Of a stretch of 64,000 bases of DNA, positions 11,803 through 21,800 are shown one piece after another. The position numbers were made by a program, and so were the translations under genes. The stretch is from assembly GCA_016748015.1 (NCBI GenBank), contig JAAOMT010000420.1, positions 124,001-188,000 on the forward strand, read 5' to 3'. The notes beneath the pieces were generated by a model. It was not told the DNA's origin. It saw only the letters and a list, made by a program, of their open reading frames with translations, and ran no database searches. The DNA is from Geosiphon pyriformis uo1 (lineage: Eukaryota; Fungi; Glomeromycota). How positions within the stretch are numbered: position 1 is the first letter of the stretch; each line of letters begins with the position of its first letter.

Positions 11803-13185
11803 ATGAACATACAAAAATATCAACAATTACAACATTATCTAAATACTTAACAGTTCAAAGAGAATTTATCTTATACGGAACGAAGAAGTATCAAACAACA
11901 ATCAAAATATTTTATCACTTACCAAAATATACTTTATTGGAAAAATAGAAGAGATCCAAATCAACCAACCAGAGTAATCACAGAGCCAGAAAAAGAGACA
12001 ATATTATTCAACATATACTCAAATCCAACAGCAGGACATTTTCATAAAAAAGCAACCATAGAAAGAACCAGAAAAAGATACTATTGGCCATCAATGTATT
12101 CAGATATCATCCAATATGTTCAAAATTGCGATGTCTGTCAGCAAAGAGGAGGTATAAAATCCAGTGAACCGTTAAGATCAATCAAAGTGGGACAACCATT
12201 CGACTGTATTGGAATTGATTTAGTCGGACCATTAACAATCACCAGCAGAGGAAACAGATACATAGCAGTAGCTATAGACTATCTCACTAAATGGCCAGAG
12301 GTGAAAGCAATTCAAAGAGCGGATGCAAAATCTGTTGCTGAATTTATTCATCAGGATTTGATTTGTTGACATGGATGTCCAAAAGAACTATTATCAGACC
12401 AAGGAACTCATTTTGTAAACAGAACATTAACAGAATTGAGCCAAAGATTCGGAATCAAGAGACCATTATCATCACCATACCATCCACAAACCAATGGATT
12501 AGTAGAAAGATTCAACAGAACATTGTGTGAAGCAATAGCCAAGCTCAGCCAAGAAAACCAGAATAATTGGGATTTGTTCATACCATCAGTATTATTTGCT
12601 TATCGGACAATAAAACAAGATACTACACAAGCAACACCATTTGAATTAGTATACGGGAGAATAGCAACATTACCAGTAGAGAGAGAAATTAATACATATC
12701 CAGCTGAACCAATAACAGAGGAAAATTTTCAAGAAACATTGCTAAGAAGAACATATAACTTAATGGAAACATTAGAAAACAAACAAAGAAGAACAGCTGA
12801 TAATATTCAAAAGTCACAAGAAACGCAGAAAAAAAGACATGATAGTCAACTACCAAACAAACCAATTGAATTCAAGATCGGAGACAAAGTATTACTACAT
12901 CATACCAAAGCGGAAAAACAATGGAGTGGAAAATTTGACCCCAAATGGGACGGACCATTTCACATAGAAGAAATTTTAGGAAATGGAGCTTACAAATTAA
13001 GATTGGATAACAAAATTTTAACCAAAGCAGCACATAGAGATCGACTGAAACTATATCACAACATTACATTACCATCTACCAGTAATATTCTACAATTAGG
13101 AGTACAGAGAATACTAGTCCAACCAGATGAAATTTCATGAGATCTGGAACCAATTATCATCATTGACAACAACATGTTAAATTGA
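11803..13185 (+). pseudogene. Stand-alone DDE integrase ORF of B (HHCC, D-D-E core, GPY/F module, no chromodomain)
   Basis: Own ATG (MNIQKYQQL...), AGHF...CDVC, IGIDLVGPL, LSDQGTHF, GLVERFNRTL, KFDPKWDGPF. Confidence 0.9.
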
Positions 13186-13209
13186 TCCATCAAAAGAATA
13201 TATAAAAAC

Positions 13210-13869
13210 ATGGTAGACACAACAGGAAATATCAGAAAAATGAAAATTACAGACAACATTCACTCACTAGCACAACAACTCTTTCAATTAATCCAACACC
13301 AGGAAATGGAGATTACAATCAATCAACAAACCATTCAATATCAAGATACTAGAAAAACATTTCAACTCAGAACACAGAAGAAAACTGAAAATACCATGGA
13401 CAAAATCATGGTGAAAGTAAAATTAGCAATAAAAAAATCGACAAAAGAGTCATTATATCAAGAGTTGACTAAAGAAACTTGGAATTGGTGGATACAACAA
13501 TTTCCACAAAACTATTGTTATTTTTACTTGGGACAACATGTAAATATTCAGAATCTATATACAGATAAAACAAAGCGATTATTCGACAAAAGAATACTAT
13601 AACAATTAAAACATTTTGTGAAAAAAAACAACTTATCCACACAAGCTTGAGCCATATACCAAATACACACAGCATTTCAAGATAAACCAGAAATATTACG
13701 CAACAGAGCAATGGATATGGTTACCAGTAATCAACTGGGGAAAATCACCAATGCTCAATTTGAAGAATTACAGACCCAAATAACACAAGTAATTCTCGAA
13801 AACAAAATCTAGGAAATACTTCAAGAAGGGGAATTACATGAGTTAAATTTCGACGGAGCTCAATATTAA
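13210..13869 (+). pseudogene. ORF3 of B, unknown ~210-220 aa protein between integrase and PPT
   Basis: Track ORF 13210-13602 continues in frame to LNFDGAQY*; homologues in C, D and E. Confidence 0.8.
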
Positions 13870-13883
13870 AAAAGAAGAAATAA
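13868..13883 (+). promoter_or_regulatory. Polypurine tract of B
   Basis: AAAAAAGAAGAAATAA abuts the 3' LTR (D has AAAAAGAGGGAATAA). Confidence 0.8.
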
Positions 13884-14770
13884 TATTACTCATAGAAATA
13901 TAGGAAATATATTAGCATAATTATTAGCCAATCAGAAGTAAGCATAGTAAATGTGGAATTCCAGGATTCCTCTCAGGAATTGCAGGATTCCAGGAATTTC
14001 AGGATTCTCGATGAGGAATTGCAGGATTCCAGGATTCCAGGATTCCTCTCAAAGAAATCGCAGAATTCCAGGAATTCCAGAATTCCTGTTGTGAAGAATT
14101 GAGGAATTGAGGAATCTCAATTATGTATATATAACAGTAGTGTTAGAAACAGAAAAGACAGAATTGATACCACAGAATCTTTAGCCTAGAAAACACAATC
14201 ATCAAATAAATAATTATTTCATATCTCAACTCACTCTCCACTATCAACACTTCATGTTGATAGTAATTGATACTTAACCATGCTGGAACAATAGCTCTTG
14301 ATCACGGCTATTGACGGAATACTAATCTGCAAAATCACCTTGGCTTATTTCTTTCTTTCTTTATTTTTCTTTTATTTCTTGTTCTTTATTTTATTTTGAT
14401 TTGTTGTTGTATACTAACTGATTAAAAGGATTAAGCACTGAGTTATTGACATCAAGAATAGCCTGGTAAAAGACCCAGAAATAAGGGTAGAATTTTATAT
14501 ATTATCGAATAGCTTACTAGAAGAGCACGACTGCCAGACTAAATCTGGCCACCACGCTGAGAAAGAAATTGGGAAAACTCTTGGAAAGATACATTTATTA
14601 TTGACACTATTGAATCTCTGTCCATTATACAAAAGACTCAACCAAAACTTTCAGACCCATCAAAACCTTCAGATACAACACTTACAGAACATCATCAACG
14701 GAAATAGCTTTTGAGCACCAAGTTACGGGTTTGTTATTTAATTCAACTGCAGAAATAATCACCTGTAACA
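13884..14770 (+). repeat. 3' LTR of B
   Basis: Direct repeat of 4572-5458; first TG mutated to TA. Confidence 0.97.
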
Positions 14771-14774
14771 CCAG

Positions 14775-15348
14775 GCAATCCTTGATGTCAGTAATTTAGC
14801 ACTTTATTCACCCAATTAGTGCACAACAATAAAATCAAAATAAAATAAAGAAAAGAAATAAAAGAAAATAAAGAAAGAAAAGAAATAAGCCAAGGCAATT
14901 TGCAAGTTAGTATTCTATCAATAGCCATAATCAAGAGCTATTATTCCAGTGTGGTTAAGTATCAATTACTATCAACATGAAGTGTTGATAGTGGAATTAG
15001 GTTTGAGATACCAAATAGTTATTTATTGTGTTTGGAAAGTTGTTTAGGTAAAATTTAAACTTGGAGGTCTGTCTTTTCAGCTTCTAATTCTACTGCTATA
15101 TATACATATTTGAGATTCCTCAATTTCTCAATTCTTCACAACAGGAATTCTGGAATTCCTGGAATCCTGCAATTCTTTTAAGAAGAATTCTGGAATTCTG
15201 GAATCTTGCAATTCTTTGTGAGAATCCTGTAATTTCTAAAATCCTGCAATTTTTGAGAGAAATCTTGGAATTCCAAATTTTACTAAATCTACTTTTGATT
15301 GGCTAATAACTATGCTAATATATATTCTCTATATTTCTATAAGTAACA
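14775..15348 (-). repeat. 5' LTR of A, U3/R part
   Basis: Reverse-complement LTR with repeat array; ends GTAACA at 15348. Confidence 0.92.
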
Positions 15349-16089
15349 CCAGCTTAGATATCAGCAACTCCAGCTTATGAAACCTCAAAGAATCTCTGGT
15401 GAAAACTCCATTCAAATTCTTGAACCATTTCTTCCTAAATATCCCATTTGCTGAAAGAGTTATTATCTTGCACAAAACATTCCACATAACATCCAAATCC
15501 GAGAGTTGTACAGCAGTAGTGAACTCATTGACAAACATTTCAGCATTGGCTGAAGTGGCATCTTTAAAATTTTTCTATTTATTGTCATTAGTGCTCCTGA
15601 AATCAAACTTCCAATGATCCCTATTAGCCTGCATACAAAGGAAGTTTAACTGAGTATCCAGCAGACCCCCCAGGCCCACAGAAACAGAAACTGCCCAATA
15701 ATCAGTGTTGAAATGTTCACTCACATCCACAACATTGTGATTTACTACTGCATTGACCAAATTAGATGAAACTAGCATGAAATCAATTGTTTTTTTTACA
15801 CCCCTTGAATTTTTCCACATAAGACTTTTTACTACTGGACTATTTAACAAAGAATTGATCAGCCCCAAGTCCAGACATCTTTTAAAACTTGCACTTTTAT
15901 GTGAACCATCCTTATTAAAATCACCATCCAAAATGATGAAAGAAGATTTATTAACAGCTTTAGCAATGAGAGAGTTGACCTTACCAGTCTGAGAAAACCA
16001 AGCCACCGAAGAAGCACCAGCATAAAGCCCCAAAATAGACACAGAAAGTTTATTCTTGAAAAGCAGCTTAATGAACAGGAGCTGGCCAG
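15349..16089 (-). pseudogene. LINE-1 ORF2 fragment (AP-endonuclease C-terminal half) between elements A and C
   Basis: LGLYAGAS...GDFN...KKTIDFMLVS...FNTDY, colinear with LINE-2 ~31630-32370. Confidence 0.92.
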
Positions 16090-16885
16090 TATTACAGGTG
16101 ACTATTTCTGGTATTGGATTAAATAACAAACCCGTAACTTGGTGCTCAAATCTAGTTGCAGTTGATAGTGATCTGAAGGTTTGTGTCTGAAGGTTTGTAT
16201 TCAAAGGGTTTGGTTGAGTTCTTTGTATAATGAACAGAGATTCAATGGTAATAGTTTTATCTGTAGCTTCCCAAAACTGCAGTTTTGTCAATTTCTTTTT
16301 CAGTTTGATGGCCAGTATTCCTCCTGGTAAGCTATCCTCAATCGAGTGTTTTACCCTTATTTCTGGGTCTTTTACCAGTCACATTTATCCTGACGTTAGT
16401 ACCTTATACATTAATCCTCAATAGAGTTAATAAACAACAATAAAATCAAAGCAAGAAAATAAAGAAAAGAAAAGAAAATAAAGAAAAAAAAGAAATAAGC
16501 CAAGGCAATTTGCAAGTTAGTATTCTGTCAATAGCCATAATCAAGAGCTATTGTTTCAGTAGGGTTAAGTATCAATTACTATCAACACTTCATGTTGATA
16601 GTGGCAGCGAGTTTGAGATAACAAACAGTTATTTATTTGTGGTTTGAAAAGTTGTTTAGATGAAATCTAAACTGAGAGGTCTGTCTCTTTCAGCTTCTTA
16701 TATTACTACTATATATACATAATTGAGATTCCTTAATTTCTCAATTCTTTACAACAGAAATCCTGGAATTCCTGGAATTCTGTAATTCCTTTGAGAGGAA
16801 TCCTGGAATTCTGGAATCCTGCAATTCTTTGTGAGAATCCTGTAATTCCTGGAATCCTGCAATTCTTGAGAAGAATTCTGGAATT
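16090..16885 (-). repeat. 3' LTR of C (lacks start of U3)
   Basis: Homologous to 25194-~25990. Confidence 0.92.
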
Positions 16886-17404
16886 ACTGATAACCATATC
16901 CATTGCTTTGTTGAGTAGGATTTCTGGTTGATCCTGAAATGCTGTGTGTATTCGGTATATGGCTTGGACCTGTGTAGATAAGTTGTTTTTTTCCACAAAA
17001 TGTTTTAATTGTTGTAATATTCTTGTGTCAAATAATCACTTTGTTTTATCTGTATATAGATTCTGAATATTCACATATTGTCCCAAGTAAAAATAACAAT
17101 AATTTCTTGGAAATTGTTGTATCCACCAATTCCAAGTTTCTTTAGTCAACTCTTGGTATATTGACTCTTTTAATGACTCTTTTATTGCTAATTTTACTTT
17201 CACAATAATTTTGTCAATGGTATTTTCTGTTTTCTTCTGTATTCTATGTGATGATGTCTTTCTAGTGTCTTGATATCAGATGGTTTGTTGATTAATTGTA
17301 ATTTCCATCTTTTGGTGTTGAATTAATTGAAAAAGTTGTTGTGCTAATGAGTGGATGTTGTCTGTAATTTCCATTTTTCTGATATTTTTTGTCACATCTA
17401 CCAT
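16886..17404 (-). pseudogene. ORF3 of C (3'-truncated)
   Basis: MEITDNIHSLAQQLFQL...KAMDMV, homologous to B ORF3. Confidence 0.8.
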
Positions 17405-17428
17405 GTCTTTATATATTCTTTTGATAGA

Positions 17429-18811
17429 TTAATTTAACATGTTGTTGTCAATGATGATGATTGGTTCCAGATCTCGTGGAATCTCCTTTAGTTGAATTAG
17501 TATCTTCTGTACTCTTAATTGTGGAATATTATTGGTGGATAGTGGTGTGATGTTGTGATATGGTTTCAGTTGATCTCCATATGCTGCTTTGGTTAAGATT
17601 TTGTTATCCAGTCTTAATTTGTAAGCTTCATTCCCTAGAATTTCTTCTATGTGAAATGGTCTATCCCATTTGGGATCAAATTTTCCACTTCATTGTTTTT
17701 CCACTTTGGTACGATGTAAGAGTACTTTGTTTCTAATCTTGAATTCAACTGGTTTGTCTAGTAGTTGATTATCATGTCTTTCTTTTTGTTTCTCTTGTGA
17801 CTTTTGTATGTTATCAGCTGTTCTTCTTTGTTTGTTTTCCAATGTTTCCATTAAGTCATATGTTCTTCTTAACAATATTTCTTGGAAATTTTCTTCTGTT
17901 ATTGGTTCAGTTGAATATGTGTTAACCTCTATCTCAACTGGTAATGTTGCTGTTCTACCGTATATCAATTCAAATGGTGTTGCTTGTGTGATGTCTTACT
18001 TTATTGTCTGATAAGCAAATAATACTGATGGTATGAACAAATCCCATTTGTCCTGGTTTTCTTGGCTGAGTTTTACTATTGTTTCACACAATGTTCTATT
18101 AAATCTTTCAACTAATTTATTGGTTTGTGGATGGTATGATGATAATAATGGTCTCTTAATTCCGAATCTTTGGCTTAGTTCTGCTAATGTTCTATTCAAA
18201 AAATGGGTTCTTTGGTCTGATAATAGTTCTTTTGGACATCCATGTTGACAAATCAGATCTTGATGGACGAATTCGGCAACAAATTCTGCATTTGCTCTTT
18301 GAATTGCTTTGGCTTCTGGCCATTTAGTAAGATAGTTCATGGCTACTGCAATATATCTATTGCCTCTGCTGGTAATTGTCAATGGTCCGACTAAATTAAT
18401 TCTAATACGGTCAAATGATTGTTCTATTTTGATTGTTCTTAATGGTTCACTGGGTCTTGTTTCTCCTCTCCTTTGACAAGCATTACAATTTTGCACATAT
18501 TGAATGATGTCTGGATATATCGATGGCCAATAGTATCTTTTTTTAGTTCTTTTTATGATTGCTTCTTTATGAAAATGTCCTGTAGTTAGATCTGAGTGCA
18601 TGTTGAACAGTATTGTCTCTTTTTCTGGTTTTGTAATTACTCTGGTTGGTTGATCTGAATCTTTTCTATTTTTCTAATAAAGTATATTTTGGTGAGTAAT
18701 AAAATATTTGGATTGTTGTTTGATCTTCTTTTTTTCTGGTTGAGATAATTTTTCCTTGAACTGTTGAGTATCTATATAATATTGAAGTTGTTAATATTTT
18801 TGTGTGTTCAT
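17429..18811 (-). pseudogene. Integrase ORF of C
   Basis: ATG at 18811; track ORFs 17996-18601 and 17690-17968 carry HHCC, DDE and GPF motifs. Confidence 0.9.
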
Positions 18812-18872
18812 CTTTTGTTATATTTTTGTAAGTATTGTTTTGGTTTTGTTATATTTTTGGGTTGAAATATTC

Positions 18873-21800
18873 TTAGATTTGTTTCATTCGTGACAAACTG
18901 TCAGCATTTCTATTGTCTTTTTCTTTTTTATAATATATAGTATAATTATATGGTGTGAGTGCCATTTTCCATCTTGACTGTCTTCCATCTCCAAATTCTT
19001 GTTTTTGGAGTGATGTTAATCTTTTGTAATTTGTGTACACTTCAAACTTCTGGTTTAAGTATTCTTTCTATTTTATAACTGTCCAGTATATTGCTAAGTA
19101 TTCTTGTTCTGGTGTTTCATAGTTTTTTTTGGCTGGTGTTAAGTCTCAGCTAGCAAATGCTACTGGATGTTCTCTTCCATCTGGTCTTCTCTAAGATAGT
19201 ACTGCTTCCAATGCTTGACCTGATGCATCAGTAGTAATAATGAATGGTTTGTTGTGATCTGGATAGATCAATACTGGCACTTGAATAAGCTTTCCTCTTA
19301 AAATGTTAAAAACTTTTTGTTGTGTTTCCATCCATTCATATTTTGCATTCTTGGTTTGTAGATGGTTAAGTGGCTGAGCTATTTTAGAAAAATTTTTGAT
19401 GAAGCGACAATAATAGCTTGCAAATCCCAAGAATGATTTTAGTTTGGTTACATTGGTTGGTACTAGAAAGTTCTTTACTATTTCTATCTTGTCTGGATCT
19501 GTCTTGATATTGTCTTTGCTGACTATATGTCCCAGAAAATTCAGTTCTGTTTTGCCAAAGAAGCACTTGGTAGCATTTAGCTTTAATCCTGCTCGTCACA
19601 GTCTTTTGAATACTTGTTGAAGATGATGGAGATGATCATCAAATGTTCTTGAGAATACATTGGTGTTGTCCAAGTACAACTACTGATTTCTACAATAAGC
19701 CAGTGTACACAATTTCCATTAGTCATTGGAAGGTTGCTGGGACATTGGTTAAGCCGAATAGTATTACTTCAAATTCGAAATTTTTTTCTCTTGTGGTGAA
19801 TGCCATTTTCTCTTTGTTGGCTAGATCTATGGCTACTTGTCAGTAATCACTATCCAAGTCCAATGTTGAAAACCATTTGTTTCCTCCAAAAGTATCAAAT
19901 AACTCTTGAATCCATAGAGTTGGATAGCTGTCTCCATGAGTAACTCCATTGAGTTTTCTGTAGTCTACACAAAATCTGATCTTTCCATTCTTTTTCCAGA
20001 TGAGTACCACTGGTGATGACCATGGGCTCATTAATGGCTGGATTAGCCCATTGTTAAGCATTTGATTAATCTCTTGACAAATGATTTCATGGCTTGCTGG
20101 TGGTATTCTCTATGCTCTTTGTTTGATTGGCATTGCATCTCCAGTTTTGATCTGGTGTTTGATGATATCAGTTCTGCCAAATTCATTTTTGCTGGTGAAA
20201 ATGTCATTGAAATTATTAAGCAACATCTTAAGCTGCATCTGTTGAAATGAATCTAGATTTCTCATGTTCATTTGCTTTAGCTGCTCTGGTTGTAACAAAT
20301 AATATTCATTCCATTCATAAATTGTTTGTAATGTAATATCCACATATCTACACAATTGTGGAAAGTCTGGAATGGTGCTTGGTGGTTGATTCTCAATTTC
20401 AGTGGTCAAATATCCAAGAGTAGTTCCTTTTGGTATCTCCACAACATTTCCCATATTGTTGTATATGGGAATTTTGATATGGTTGTGGTTCTTGGCTGGT
20501 ATGTATAGATTGATAAGTCCAACTTCTCCTGTTTCACAAAGACTTGTTTTCACTTCAAAAATTTGTGCCTGATCCTTCACATTTTTTTCTATTGCTAACA
20601 TGTACTAGCCATATGGTGGAATGGAAATTGTTTGACTGGTTGAAATAATTTCTCCTTGGCCAATAATTTTTTTCTTTACTATGTTGACTGGTACATCTAT
20701 TCTACTCATGGATCTGAATCTTTGTATCCCTCTTGCGGTTATCCCTAATTCTTCCCTATTTTTTACTGAAACTAACTGAGCTATTTTAACCAGAGGCAGG
20801 AATATTGCCTGTGCTATCTTCTCATTTGGCTCTATAATATAGGCTTTTTCAGAGTTATTTTGTAGCATGGCAATGATATTTCCTACATATCCTGCATCAA
20901 TTATTCCTCCTCTGATGTTTATTCCCTTTTTCACTAAACTACTCCTAGATGCTAATTGAATCATTGTTGTTGCTAGAATTTCCAGTATTATTTTCAGATT
21001 AATGCAAGTGTGCAAATGGGGTTCCAATTTAATGGTGTCTTTTCTTGGATATCTTAGATCAAATCCTGCATCAGTATCATACACACATTCTGGCATAATA
21101 CCTTCATCATTATTACTGAACCATTTTAGTTCTTACTCTTTGGTGAGGTCAGGGAGTGCAATATATTGTTTGTAGTTTAAATCAGAGTTTGAATCTAAGT
21201 TGGAATCATTGTTATAGCCATTTTGAACAGAGCTGAAACCATTATTTTTGTTATCATTATTGTCGGAGTTTGAATTGGGATTGAATGGTGATTCTGATTC
21301 CGATGCACAGCTGCTGATTGGTTCTTTTTCTTTGGGGATTGTGTAGATCATGTATGGTGGTGGATTGTAAATGAGGTCACACTTATTACAATACTAAAAG
21401 TCACATGAAATCAAACAGTAATCACATAATCAAGTGTTAATTTCTTTCAAGCATTGTTTTGGCTCTTCTATTGTGGGTGCTAATCACTAGTAATGTTCGT
21501 GAAATTTTTCTGGGTCATCCTCAATGTTGCAAAAGACGTCGAAAGTTTGGATGTATTTGGGTTCAGGAAGAAATAAAGGATTGTTTTTTTATTTCCAGTA
21601 ATTTGTTAGTTGTCATGCCTTCTGCTTTTGCATGTGCCATTCTCCAAAGTTTATGTTCATCGTGAGAATATCCTTCCAATTGTTGTAGTGCTTTTTTCTA
21701 TGCATCGTCAATTGGTGTTCTCTTGCATATCCAGTTGTTTATTAAGATAGTGTACTAGTATGTCTTGTTACATGTTCCTTCCCACCCAGGAATGTTATTC

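Larger units (their letters stand above)
4572..14770 (+). mobile_element. Full-length LTR retrotransposon B (family 1), 4-bp TSD CCAG
   Basis: 887-bp LTRs at 4572-5458 and 13884-14770 (TGTTAC...GTAACA); CCAG at 4568-4571 and 14771-14774; PBS, PPT, gag-pol, integrase and ORF3 all present. Confidence 0.97.
1..15348 (-). mobile_element. LTR retrotransposon A (family 1, Ty3/Gypsy-like), 3' part outside window; its 5' LTR is split by element B
   Basis: Minus-strand gag, DSG protease, Cys-rich domain and dUTPase at 1-4245. LTR halves 4307-4571 and 14775-15348 rejoin seamlessly; ends GTAACA followed by CCAG and then LINE sequence. Confidence 0.92.

Noticed and set aside
13210-13869. ORF3 as an envelope glycoprotein
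   Set aside because: No signal peptide, transmembrane helix, furin site or Cys pattern is visible.
5521-13869. Alternative genetic code or stop-codon reassignment to explain in-frame stops
   Set aside because: Most stops differ between copies and sit at CAA/CAG/CGA/TGG codons of the other copies, so they are mutational; only the post-RNase H stop (and possibly the IN/ORF3 stop) is shared.
15575-16291. 238-aa ORF as a new gene
   Set aside because: It is a chance in-frame fusion of C's LTR U5 with the LINE endonuclease across the insertion junction.
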